DNA of 64,000 bases. Origin: Diadema antillarum (taxonomy: Eukaryota). The position numbers were made by a program, and so were the translations under genes. The stretch spans positions 1,302,001 through 1,366,000 of the forward strand of contig NW_027271175.1 of assembly GCF_040938485.1 (NCBI RefSeq), written 5' to 3'. Below, piece after piece: positions 36,920 to 50,537 of this stretch. Positions within the stretch are counted from its first letter, which is position 1. Each line of letters opens with the position of its first letter. The notes beneath the pieces are model-generated. The model saw only the letters and a list, made by a program, of their open reading frames with translations. It searched no databases and was not told where the DNA came from.

Positions 36920-39900
36920 TATGTATGTGTATTGAAAAACAACAAAAAAGTGAGCATGTGTGAGGACATGAATCGTATCGTCGCTAGTAATACAAGTAGT
37001 AAATCAGTACAATGAGGACTGATTGTTTCATTTTTTACAGTTTCCGTATGTTTTTTTTGCTTTTCCACAAAAAGTAATGAATCATTTAGAACAAATCAAC
37101 AATGTACAGCTCATGGAAATATAAATGAGTATTTAAAGAGTTTTAGAGGAATAGATAAAATAAAGAGCGTACAAGAACATACGAAGTACATAATATACTA
37201 TAACAGAGTTTTATTCCGAAAGCAAATGAAAACTTGGTCACAGTCAAGATTTATGATTAGTTTAGTTTATATCAAATATGTATATCTCATTTTCTTTCTT
37301 TAGTGTTATTTCTTTTTAATTGGTCTAAACTTGTTTATCCGCTCTCCGTTATTTATTCAAGGACACGGATTAATCGGGGCTTACAGCCAAACAAGCTTGC
37401 TTTTATGTATAGCTCCCGTAGTACTTCTCTTTGTACAACCGAATCCGTACTTTAGATTTCGATCGCTTATCATCTAATTTATTACAACATAGAGAGTATC
37501 TTTTGTTTGTTAACTATTTACAAAGTACAATAATTTGTGTTATATAGTTTTCAGTGTAACCCGATATGTAAAATAAACTGAAACTCTAACTAAAACTGTC
37601 GTATCTTAAATTACATAAACCTGTTCAATTCAGTTTTATTCATTTTCCATCCAACAAAGAGTGAAACAAAATACAAAGCATGCATTACACAATCATATTG
37701 ATTGAGTAAGTTAAAAAAATAACGCAATGTGGATCGTAGAGTATATAATAATAAGATATACAATTAAATAGAATAACTAAGAACACCAATGCATGCTTTG
37801 TAAGGTTGACAGAAAAGTAAGGCTTTTTAGAAAAGTGTGATCCAATGGAAAGCAAGGTTTGTAATGCGTGGATCACTCAGGATATAATTATATAATATGC
37901 AATATTAATACATAATAATAATGTCAATACCTACATCACCATTATAAACAGTAATAATTCTAAAATTTGAAAAAAAAGACTAGTCTTACAATGTTACAAA
38001 GTGTTGGCGCTATTCCCTAATCCATGAACACTTCTACCCATCCAAAGAATAGTAAAAAAAAAACAACAACAATAGTAGATATAAACACAGATGCGCATGC
38101 ACCTGCCCACACACGTAACAAGAAGAAAACTAAAAAGCAACAGATAAATACATACAAGAAAGAGGCTAGATCATACAAGGAATTGGAGAGCACAATGACA
38201 TTACAAAAACAAGGAAGTACAAGAAGAGAGAGAACAGCAGAAAGGAAAAGGAGCAGAGAAGAATGTAGAGAGGCCTGCATAACAGAACACGCCACTCAAC
38301 CATCAGTACAGTGAAAGCACAGTGTTATTACATTTTCGATTGTTTTATGCCGAAAGCAATTTTGTTTTCTTAGTTTACATTTAAATGTAATAAAGTTTAC
38401 AAGATAGTAAATAAATCGGCAGTTTGCTTGACTGTGATAGCGGCCTCGGAGTGATGCGATATCTTGTGATCATTCTTTTTATTTCAGTGGAAGAAAGAGC
38501 GGGGAGAGTGAGAGAGATGTAGAGGATAGAGAAGAAAAGATACCTCTATAAGAATTAGAGAAGGGAAGGATTTACCTCATTTCTCATATCTTTATAGCAG
38601 GAAACTTTATCTGGATATCTGTCCACCGGCCGCACTTCACCAATGCCCTCGTGTAGTAAAGTCAAGATTTCGCGGTATCTGAATTTCAAACAGGACTTTG
38701 GACTCGATACCCATCACAGCTCATGGAAAGACTCTAAACTCGGAACCAGATAGTGAATTATTGTGGCGTCGCGCGAAGTTGGTTCAGAATTTAGAGAAGT
38801 CGCCCCCACCCCCCCCCCCCCCTCTCTCTCTCTCTCTCTCTTTTCCTTGCTTCCTCATTATTTCACTTTGGCGGCATACATCTTCAAACACGACAGTGGC
38901 ATCAGTTGGGTTTCGGATATTGTAACGTATGACGGCAGTTATTATTGTCAGTGACGACAGAACAAACTGAACTCAGTGCCTCGTGATCGCCATGTGCTGG
39001 ACTCGGTGTGTGCAGTAGTCAAAGGTAGTTTGACAACATCACTATTTGATAGCTGGCCCTTCTTCAGAAGAGAACCTACACCTACCTGCGTTCGTTGGCG
39101 TGTATGTGATGTGCTGCGGTCGGGTGAGTCGTTGTGGTAGTTTAATTATGCACTGGGGCGGAGAGGCAAGGGTATATATAGGAAACAAAAGCGTGATCCA
39201 TTTATATCGTTATTTCAGTCCGAAGTGCAAATATGTCGTCGATGAATTCTTTATGAACGTTTTGTATGATGGTATGTGAACTATAGATATATACTCACCT
39301 TGACATAAAACGTCACGTGCGTGATAATATCATATGTCAATCGTACTGTTATCAGCTACCATACTCAGTCATTTAAGTGGAACTTCTGGCAATTTGGCAA
39401 TTTGAGAAGAAATTCTAAGAATTAATACTACGTAGTTAGCATTTCTTTTTAACATGTCGATGCGTGGATTCTCGCGTACATCAACTTGTTCCACTTTAGC
39501 GAATTGCAGTAAGGTCGTGGGAAATTCTTATGGTCGACACCTACACAAATAGGTTCTGTATCTGAATTTATGTAGAAAGATATGAATGAATTTGTATTCC
39601 ATACTAGAAACTAGTAGGGAGCATGCATTATACTTTAGGCCTATACTTCACCGTAACTGTCATCTCCGATTCAGATAGCGAGGGTATCAATACATATGCA
39701 ACACATCCCGGCACCAGTGACGATGTTTATATGCGCCCTTTCAGTATCAGTTCGAATCTATAAATGATGGTAATTATAACTATAGTTAGGGCCTGTAATG
39801 ATAATAAAGACAATTAGAATGGTGCTGAAAAGTCCCAAAACATTCCGTTCCAGCTGGAGGTCATCGTATCATGACACACCCGGTATAACAGGAACGTCAA

Positions 39901-40349
39901 TTTATCAGACTACACTGTGAAACAGAATATATTTTAAAGGCGCAACGGTAGCCATGATAGCGTTTGCGGAATGAGATCCGATGAGTTGTTTATTTTTGTA
40001 TTATCCTCGGCTTGTTACAAATCATTGATATTTGACAAATGTATATATATATATATATTTATATAACCCATAACTGCATTCAGACAAAACATGACGCCGA
40101 ATTAAACAAAGGCTGTAGAAGAAAGCCTTATTCGTCACTGAGAGCTAGTTCCAGGAAGTGATGATATCCTTTAAGTCATTTAATTGTTCTCATTCCATAA
40201 GATCAATTCTAAAATGAAACTCGGTTGTAAAACTTTACGATATAATTAGTCAAATAATGGTCACTTAATAAGGTTTCAGTCCATAATGAAAGTGTCTACA
40301 GTGTTTCCGGCCCTACGTACGCACAACAGTAAGTTTGGAGCTGAAATTT

Positions 40350-40466
40350 CACCCAGTCATACAGCCAACGAGTCATATAGCGCACGTGTCACACTGCCCT
40401 CAATTAAAAATTTTTAATGTCTTAGATCGTGAGCCATATGACTCGTAGGTCTAGCTCGATGACTGC
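40350..40466. mobile_element. Short deletion derivative of the cacgagtcatacagcc family
   Basis: cacccagtcatacagccaacgagtcatatagc ... gagccatatgactcgtaggtc. Confidence 0.45.
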
Positions 40467-41743
40467 GAAATTTCTCGTAATGTATAGTGTCCCAGTAATT
40501 GTGATGTCAGGCAAAGAAATAATTGTAAATTTTGTATAAAGTTAAGACGCGATCGTTCTGGTATAACAATAGGGCAAAGCTAGCACTGGTATTACCGACT
40601 GCCGCACCAGCTTTTGTCAGACGTGGTGACATTAGTTAGTGAAATAAGGCGAACAAACAGAAAATACAAACAAGAAAACAATAATGGGCTGCATGAGTTT
40701 TATAACGAGAACGAAAGGAACGGATCGATGATTTTCATACTGGGCCGGCAACACGGAAGTGGTATTTGATATCTGCATCCGGTTCCTAAAGGAAACCGGA
40801 ATATATTAGTGTTATCCTTCAGAAAAAAAAAATCATGGTCGCCAAAATACGGCGACTAATGTGTGGAATGTACTCTAGAATCGTACTAGAAGATAAACTA
40901 GAATCCCCCCCCCCCCCAAAAAAAAAAGAAGAAGATCCTATATAGCAAACGTGATCAGATATGCCAGCTTGATATGATAATCGTGGCTGATGAGGTGCAT
41001 AATTATTATATTTACCAAGATCGCATCAGGCAAGAGACGCTCTTCTTAAAATCGCATGTAATAGGGAGGCTATTACAGTATTCGGCGCATATTTGCAAAT
41101 CACCTGCTATCTTATAGTCGTGGCTAAAGGACCTCTGATCGGACTTTCGGCAGCTCTACGTCTACCCTCTGTCATATTTCAGAACGGTTTCAGAGAAAAA
41201 CTGAATAGATAACTTGGATACTATACTAGTAAACACGGCATAGATTGAATCTCTTAAGTATTTCATAGAATAAGTTGAGAGTGTCTATCTTATCGGGATA
41301 CCATTAGCAGATGGTGAAACCTTTATCAACGTCCAGGCGCCAATCACGTGCCTTAGCCATAAACTATTGCATGCTCCCTGTTGCAAGGTAGCATTTGAGC
41401 TTTGACTTTCATGAGCATGACGAATTCTCTTTGACTTTTCCTCCTCTGTTTCTTCTACAATATGCATCACAGACGTCGTCACTGGAAGGAACACAATTCA
41501 TCAGAACAGATCACCATCATGCTGACCCAGTCTGTAATGCTGTCGGTAGCCTGGCGCTGTCCCAGCTAGACATGTAAACTGAACGTATACTCACCCCCTG
41601 TTATCTTTGTCGAATGATTTCGAACAGATAACGGACCTATCAAGAACACACAAACGCAACAGTCGCAAGGTCATCACCGACTTTGATCATAGCTGCATTC
41701 ACATTACATCAGGTGAAGTACATAGAGTAGCGTCATCTAAGAC

Positions 41744-44700
41744 ATGTCGCTGGACACGAAAGGAGTCAAAGGTGTGGCCAGATTGACATCTGAGATGGCA
41801 GAAACTTGTACGGGACATGGACAAGGTCCAGAAATCCATGCTTCGCCGAGACGCGGTCTAAACGATGAAGCTCTGGACATTCGCGCATGCGGTCTAGAAC
41901 CTCACCAACGAGTCCACCTCAAGGCCCATGTGTACACAGAGTCAGGCAAATACCGATTTGAGTCAACCGCCGAATATCGGGCAGATGCCAATGGGGAGAT
42001 CAAAGGTGAGAGGTTGATAACTGAGGTCACTTCTGGACGTCATGAAAAATTCAAGTACCGTTCATTATACGTTCTGCATTCCTTGGTTTATGTATAGGCC
42101 CATTCTTTTTTACACTTCATCTAATGAATCACAACAGACATTTTCCTCTTCTGCATGTAATTACAGAAGCTTTAACGTATACGTTCGATGAGAATTCGCT
42201 TTGTTGACACTTACATGATTAAAGGTTGATTTCTTTATGGCGAGAAGGTAAGGACGTTAGATGGTAAGAAGGCGACTTACAAAACTTGCCAAGGCGCCAA
42301 AAGGCCCCTGGCTGAGTTTTTTACCGAAATATACTCTCCCCTTCTAGTCCTGCGGAAGGCGCATCGGTGAGATTGAGCTACAGTCGTTTCGGCTTGAAGA
42401 CAAGTTTTGAGAAGTCGCTTCTTCGTCCTCTCATGAGGGAAAAGGTGTCTACCCATCACTTACAACATATCACATTTTGTCCTCTTCCTCGTTGGTAGTG
42501 GCGGAGGACCCTTCTCTAGGTGGGAGCTACACTGGAGTAGAGCCGATGGGTCTGATATGGAGTCTCGAGCCAGCCCCCGAAATCGCTCATAAGTACCCGC
42601 GTCTTATTAAGCGTGACATCAAGAGGCCGTTCGCCTTCACCTTCGAGCTGGTGGACGAGAGGAAGACGGTGTTGTCGTCGACGTCGGTTGAAAGGACGTA
42701 TCTCGCTGACTACGTTGAGAGACAGCTGATCAACCATGGCGTTGCCGAAGGTTGTCTGTATTTGCCGAAGAAAAAGGGTAAGGGCAATCAATGCCATGCA
42801 GATAATAAATCAAATCAAATCAAATCAAATCAAATCAAATCAAATCAAATCAAGTCAAATCAATAGTTAACGAATATAACATCCTGGTTCACAAAGCCTG
42901 GTTTTGTGTTTCGTTCCCGTATTCCCAGTGTATTTCTATTCACTCTCACAACCTAGAAAGTTAACGAGCCATATAGCACATTCCATATGCTGGCCCATTT
43001 TTCGTGGGTTCTTTTTCGCATGAGTAGCATTATTGGTCCTGTATGAGAAAATGTTCACGAATGCATTGAAGGATAATGATGCACCTTTGGAGAGTTCCAT
43101 GCAGGGTAGAGTAACGAAGAATGGTGGAGACAATGGTGTGCTGCTTTGGATAATCAGCAAAAGAAAATGATATGATGGCTCAAGGTTTGTCCGACATTTC
43201 AGTACATAATGCGTGAAAACTACATTATGTTTTATACTTACGCTTTCAATGCAATTCAAACTTTATTTTCCTTTTTATTCAACAGAGTGTATAATTGATA
43301 TGTGAAATTTGACATGCGTGTTGTTGAAACACAGCCAGCCAGAAATAACATGTTCATGTCTATATTATAATCAGTACAAAAAGAGATATACAATCGTATT
43401 TATACACTCTGTGAAAAAATGGAAGTATACCCACTCAAAAGACTATGTTTTTATTATGTGGGTAACTCAGAGGGAAGGGGGAAGAGGGGAGGGGTGAAAA
43501 GCTGACAAAGAGTGGCGGAAAGTGAGGAAAGAGGGAATAGAAAAATAAAATAAAATAGGTTATGCTTGAAACGTGTAGGTAAGTGGAAAACAAATTGTCA
43601 GGCTCTATATTGTTCAAAGGAGGAATACACAGATTGCAAGGAGCGTAATGTTTGTATATTTGGTGAGTTGGGTTATTGTCACGTTGGTTTTGTGCGATCA
43701 GGTTCGTCCGACCCACTGCCTGTCATCTTGGACGTTAGGGGCGGGGTGCCTTTCCTCGTAGAAGACAGACCATCCCTGATGGCGTCCCATGGTTTCGCCA
43801 CAATTTCCATCAACTACTTCCTCAAGCTCATGGACAAGAAGATTGTCATGAACAAGGCCAAGTACTTCGATCTTCAGATTTTTCTGGTGCGAGACCATAT
43901 TGCGGGGAATTTTGAATATTCTTTGAATTCTTTATGCCGAGGAATGATAAGTCAGTAAAGTTTATGATGATGACGATGGCATGAATGATAATCACGATGA
44001 TGATACTTATATGAGTGTGATAATGATAATGATAATAATAATGGTAATAGATAATGATAATAATAATCGTCATCATTCTAGTATAAACCCTTAATTGTTA
44101 CTAAGTTGATGGGAGATGATGAAATGAAAAATACAGCAGTATGTAAATACGTAAAAATAAGTAAACAACAACAACAGCTGCTGCGAATCTAGCAGAGAAT
44201 ATTCAATGGAGTTGTATGTATTTGCGGATTATGGTTAAAATCTTTGGCAATCGCAATGTCACCGAAATTACGACACTGTCGTATTCGGCATCTCTGACGC
44301 AATCAATTAAGAGCAAAACTGATACACAAAACAGCCTAATTTGTGGTCATTATCCATAGAATATGAGTTTTCACATACTCACAACACTCCCAAACCTCAT
44401 GATACGTAATTATCGTGATATTTTGCTTTTATTTAGTGTTTTACATAAGAATGAAAAAATCTTCTTCATGATTTACACAACTCATCTAAAAATAGAGGTT
44501 GGAAACTTGAAGCCCATTCTCAACCACAACTATATCATCCCTTTAAGTAACCACCAACAAAACTCAAGATAAACCATTGATTGGCTTTCATCACGTTACA
44601 TCGAGTGTAATGACAATCTTATAAGTTAGTGATAATGTTTAAGAACATGAATAGAATCTTATGTTCATGGAGTCAGGACTTAATTAGGACAGTGTAATGT

Positions 44701-47700
44701 CTGCGGGTATGATATACATACACGTATCGTCAGCAGAATAACCTTTCATTAACTATAAAATTATAGAGCTGGCATAATTATTATGTATTGTTCGGAAGTC
44801 ACGTACACGAGAGAAGAATTCTAATTTTCTCGTCTCAAGGATTAACATTCGAATGAGATCAGTGCTTTCCGTGTCGATCATAAAGATTTTTATCGATTTA
44901 AAAAGCAACATACCGGTTCTCTAACCCATTAAAACTTGCATGGATAAACGAATAACCGAATCTGTTTTGTTATCGTTTGTTTTAATTTATCTGCTTATCG
45001 TCAGCACTCTCAATACTTAATTCATCTTGCCTCCCCTCTCCTTTTTCTACATAAACATTGTTATTATTCTCCTTCATCCTCGTCATCCTCGTCTTCTCCT
45101 TTCATCATCAAAATCTGTTTCTACCCTTCTCCCATTCATCATCAACATCTTATCCTATTAACCTCCTTGTCTGTTTGGGTGCGCGTCACGAGACCGACAC
45201 CCACGAGCCATACAGCCCACGAGTCATACAGCCCACGAGTTATACAGCTCACAAGTCTTACAGCCCATGAGTTCAACACTAAGCTAACAAGGCCCACGAG
45301 ACCGACACATTAAGCCCCGTGTTGTATCTGTCGAACCCGTGGGCTGTTTTTACCTAGTGTCGAACTCATGAGCCTTATTTAATTGCCTATAGTCTCAAAC
45401 TCATGGGCCGCACGACTCGTGAGCTGTATGATTCATGGACCTGTTTTCAATTTGTCGAACTCATGGGCTGTATTTCTCTATGGGTGTCGGTCTCGTGGGA
45501 TGACCCCGGCTGTTTTCGCCTCATCTCTTTTACCCCCGTCTTCGATTCTTCGTGTATCGCAGGACATCTTTGATTTCATAGCAAAGCACCCTCGACTGGA
45601 CGTCAACCGCGTCGCCGTCGCATCGTCCTGTCTCGGCGGGGTCCTGAGCCTCTCCGCCGCCGCCTGGCTGAACGTGCCGATAAGATGCTTGACGGCCACG
45701 GGCTGTGTGGATCTGCTGGCGTACGAAATTGGCCTCAGGTTACCCGACGGCAAGCTGATCGAGCCATACGAGTGAGTCATCCTATTTTGTCGGGAAGATG
45801 TGTTTCTGTTGCTGTTTTTATTGAAATATCGCTAACTTTTCAATTGTTCAATAGGTTTTTTTTTGTCGATAGTACTGTACTGTTTTTGTTATATTTTCTA
45901 TGATCATATCATTATTGTTATTATTATTATTAATATTATTATCATTATCACCTGCCATCATTATCATACTTGTTACCCGCGTTATCATCGTCGTCATAAT
46001 CATTGCTGATAAGTTTCTTTTATGGTTATTGTGGAATTCTTTCAATTTCTTCGCCAACACTTAGGGAATGGGCATGGTCATGAACAATTACAGGAAATAG
46101 CGCGACCCATCAAGCCGATAATATGCAGTTAGATTACTGTGCCTTTGAAGCCATAATTATGATTATGTAGGTGAAACTGAAAGTGCGGCCAACCGCTCTT
46201 AACGTGGGCTGTTTTGAAGAGGAGACACGGTTTACCAACAGGAAAGCTCAACTGAACAAATCATAATAAGATTATAGAAATTTAGCAATCTTCAGCAGGA
46301 AAATGTAAACATCACACATGCACACACGATACGACACAAAACAAACAATTATTGAAACTTAAACAGACACTAGCAGTCGAAGGGATGAATGGGTACATAA
46401 GTATATTATCAACAAAGAGAGTGAATCTATGAAGAACGAATGAATCAATTTTCCAATGATTGAATGAATGAATAAATAGAGAATGAATGAGTAAATGAAT
46501 GAATGACCTAAAAACCAATCTACACAATGATTGATGGTTAATTAAAGATACATCTGAATAGTGATTTTGTCTACTGTGTATATAGGGTTGTTTATTTCCA
46601 CTTAGTTAGGTTTCAGTATATCAATTACATGTATTTTGTTGTATTACGTGTGGGGGCATGCACCCTATACAAGCACATTGATTTTTTAGCATTCCTCCCC
46701 ATTTCCAGCATTTCCGTAGAACATACTTTCAATATTTATTTTGCAAACTTATACATTTCCTTTATTATACATTGTGATGTAATTTATGCATTCATTTTTC
46801 TTAGATATTTATGTTTCTGCTGAAAATGGAAGAAAGCCTGAATGAATGAATAAATGAATGAAAATGTTTCTTGCCGTGAATTCATTATCTAGCTCGAGGG
46901 CGCACTATGAAGTAGTGGAGAAGGATGGTACTTATGTCTGGCAGCTGGAGAGTTTTGACGCTTTCGACAATCTTGAAGGAGATTTCATCATACCGGTATG
47001 CCATGGATTTTGTGAAACCCTCTTTTCACCCCCCCCCCCCCCCCCCCCGCCTCGGCAGATTGTTTTGTTGTTGTTGTTTTTTTGTCAGATTTTGTTACGT
47101 GTTATTCGCATCGTTTATCCTAAAAATCATTTTAATTTCGATTTGCTCTTTCCCCCAAATCCTATACGGGTATGGGGGGGGGGGGGGGGGGGTGCCTTAA
47201 ACCGAAAATGGGAACGGAAAGAGTGGTTTTTGATGCCGGATATTCTACGCTGGTCATCCTTGTTCCGATTCCTTAATAGGAGCTCGTATACGATAGGCAT
47301 TCGATATAGCCATACCATAAATGTTGCTGTGCTTTTGTATTAAAGTGTGTTTGTCTTGTATTTCCGTGTTTACTGTCCTGTCTGTGTTATTTCTAATTAC
47401 TTTATAATATTTTCCTCTGCTTAATGGTTTATGTCGATTGCATGAATTGTCCAAAGTGATTGTTCTTTAGGTATAGACGTCGCTCCCTCAGTGTTTTCCC
47501 TCAAACCTTGGATAATGTAACTAGTTTGATATGAAACTATGTACAACGTGTGTATACATGCTTTCAATTCGTTGATTACCTCGATCCTATTTTATCATAC
47601 AGTCCATTATTGTGTACTCAAGATCATTCGTAATTGTCTTGATCTAATGTTATGTTCTGCGGAAGAGGAAAAATTGAAATTAAGTAAGTTGATCCGTAAT

Positions 47701-49672
47701 GCCTGTATGCAGAATGGGGATACTAGGAATGAACATCCGTCTCTCATCTTGATATGGAACATTATTCTTCTGCTGGAATATTTTTGCTGTAAAATGACGG
47801 AGCAAATCCTGGTCGAAAGATTGGTTGAGAGCGCCACACGTGATCGTGCATTTGTTTTGCCTAACACGTGGTTTTGCTTGTCGTGACCGGCCATTAGCAC
47901 ATGCCAACGTCGCGATGGTGATCGTGCGAGCTTTCATCATTTTATTTACTAGTACTCTGCGAAATTCAAAGGGACTACATTTGAAATTCTTTCGACGACA
48001 AGTATCTGTTTCTTCATTTTATAAAACAAATACTGCACGTGACATTTTTTTTTCGGGTTATACATACCCACACTCGGTATCTTCGAAACAGTCTAACGAA
48101 CGCTCTCGGCTATCACCACACTCACAAACACACACGATCCTTTCTCGTATCAGTCGAGAGAATTAGCCGGTAAATCCAAATAGCAAATATAACTTGAGAT
48201 CAGGTGTTGTTGCTTTTTTTTTCTTTCTCTCTTTGTGTTGATATAGGTGGAGAGAATAAAGTGCCCAATGGTGTTTTTCACAGTTGGAGACGACCAATAC
48301 ATTCCGATCATATAAACGGATGATGAAGGTATAGCGGGAATGAACGAAGTCTCTTCTATTCTTTGCTTGCCAATAGGCCCTACTACTGACTCTACCTTTT
48401 TTTTCATATTTCTCAACAAGAATGGCATAATGAATAATATGATTGATACACACCACGAGAGGAAGGGATAGATCAAATTGCTTATTCAATCCAAGTGAAA
48501 TAATCACCATAATAATGGTAATCCGCAGGTTATTATGTGTCTGTTTCAATTAGGTTAATAGATTTTTTAATCCACTGGGAAAAGGATAAGCATGGTAAAA
48601 GTGGTGATAGTTAATTCAACATAATGGGATCTCGACCTCTTCCGATCGTCTTCAGTGTACATTATGCTTTGAGTATCTAACTGTCACAATGATAATGTAT
48701 TTTGCAACAACCCTCCTCCCCCCCCCCCCCCGAAAAAGGACATTGAACAACAACAGCCAAAATAATAAAATCATAGTAATAGTAATAATTATTACTATCA
48801 TAACCCAAAGGTAAGACAGTCCAGTCGTTTGGGATAAAACACGCCAAATCTATCCTCATCCTATTTATATTGACTATGTTCTTTGTTCTCCAACTACTCG
48901 TGAAAGATGAAGGAACGGATAGAAAAGGCGGGGAATGGACACCTGTTGGAAGTCGTTCATCTCGAAGGGGCGGGCCATTTCATAGATGCCCCGTACCTTC
49001 CTCTCTGCCGACAAGCCAATATGGACCCCAACCTTCCCTATCGTAAGTTGATACGCATCATACGCACGAGCATATAAAACAAGAGAGAGTCGTATACATT
49101 AGTTTTGTATAACCCTTTCGAAGTCACTGTCATACGATGCCACTGGTATTGGAAGCAGACAGAGTTCCGCGTCTATGACCAATTGCAGAGTCTCCTTGCG
49201 TTTATTTTCATCAAGAGGTGACAAAAACATTATAATTTCTTCGCGATAACATTGCAGGCAATGTCAATTATCTCTATTTGCGCCTGCAAGACATATTTAT
49301 GTTTCATGAAAGATCGTAATAAATAATGATGATTAATTGATTTCAGTGAACCGTGAAATAAAGGGGTCAAAGCGGCAATGCAGCAAATGGGACTATACTT
49401 TTTCACAAGATGACAGATTTTTTTTTCATCAGGGAAATTTATGTTACCTCTGTTTTGCTTTCGTAAAACACGACAAAGCTCTTTTGTCTGTCCTCGCAGC
49501 GGTCAATGGAGTGTTTGGAGGCGAGCCGCAGCAACACGCTTACGGAATCAGCGCAGCTTGGAGAAAGACTATCAATTATTTCCGGGATCAGCTGAATGTC
49601 ACAGAGGTCTACAGACCAGATTGGCTGGATGATCACAGCAAGAGCCGCCCCACGCTGACCTCTCGCCTTTGA
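41744..49672 (+). CDS. Type I acyl-CoA thioesterase / bile acid-CoA:amino acid N-acyltransferase (ACOT/BAAT) family protein, peroxisomal; join(41744..42005,42499..42777,43702..43886,45563..45771,46893..46995,48247..48328,48907..49042,49500..49672); about 475 aa if the one extra base in exon 6 is removed
   Basis: N-domain YRADANGEIK|VAEDPSLGGSYTGVEPMGLIWSLEP; PVILDVRGG...SLMASHGFATISINYF; nucleophile elbow VAVASSCLGG; FIIP|VERIKCPMVFFTVGDD (Asp); GAGHFIDAPYLPLC (His); FGGEPQQHAYGISAAWRK; ends -SRL*. All junctions are GT-AG and phase-consistent except exon 6 (82 nt between two phase-0 junctions; TAA at 48313-48315), so this allele may be non-functional or mis-assembled. Confidence 0.9.
42807..42862. 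repeat. (AAATC)n tandem repeat, possibly a retrotransposon tail, 30 nt into ACOT/BAAT intron 2
   Basis: About 11 AAATC units preceded by aataa. Confidence 0.85.
45177..45507. mobile_element. GG-terminal element with 16-nt subterminal arrays (copy 2, compact 331 bp) in ACOT/BAAT intron 3
   Basis: gggtgcgcgtcacgagaccgacaccca...gggtgtcggtctcgtgggatgacccc; TSD gtctgttt/ggctgttt (7 of 8). Ends 55 nt before the exon 4 start. Confidence 0.8.
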
Positions 49673-50537
49673 CCTCGTCTGATGCCTTCGGGACCAGCAC
49701 AATTATTATAATATAAGCCTATTTTTTTTATGAAGATTATATCATGACAGTGAAGAAGAAAGTAAGCCGTGTATGAAAAACAGAAATTAGCGTATGTGAA
49801 ATTTTGTCTAGTTTTCTATCTGAATTGTGAAAAGTAAGCAGAAAACACATATTTTTTATTGCAAACTTGTTATCACTATAACAGACGCCTAACAGGAAGT
49901 GATAAGAATTGATACAGATTATTGTATCGCCGAGGGTGTCGGTAATGATAGATACGGCGCATTATGTATGTTTATTGTAATTCCTTATTTGCATAGACCC
50001 ACTTTTGTTAGTTTTGTTTTTGTTCAGTCCTCTCTACAGTTAACCACCAGATTGATGATGCAACAAAATGATTATGAAAAACATGCTTACTTCTTCTCAA
50101 GTTTTACCCTGCACACTTAAAATACAATTCCACATCATTATTCAAGTTGACTGCAGTTATTATCATAGACGAATGTGTTGGGGGCAGTTTCATGTGAAAC
50201 GGAACAATAGTTATGGATTTTCAAAGGTTTGAATGTTTTCACTGAATAGTGATATTAGTCGCATCCTTCTCGGGTATTCACAATGTTATGTTACACTATA
50301 CCCTTGAGTGCGCCTGCATCTCGACTATTGCCCTCTCACTTATGCATCATTTTTTCCAAACAATACACCAGGCATTTGCCTTCTTATAGTGATTATATAC
50401 TCCATGAACATATTGTGAAAGTTGTTTCTCTTACACTGTGCAGGGTAAGCAATCATAGTAAATCATCTGAGAATGTACCGTTATAGTAAATCCAAGCCAT
50501 GTTGGTCATGCTATGCTCGTGATGTGTTGAGTTACAC

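Noticed and set aside
38870-38954. Ig-like DGSYYC peptide
   Set aside because: Immediately followed by a stop, with no first Cys/Trp of an Ig fold and no convincing splice sites.
49337-49499. Upstream part of ORF 49337..49672 and the acceptor at 49432
   Set aside because: Exon 7 ends in phase 1; only the acceptor at 49499 keeps the GGEP...SRL frame.
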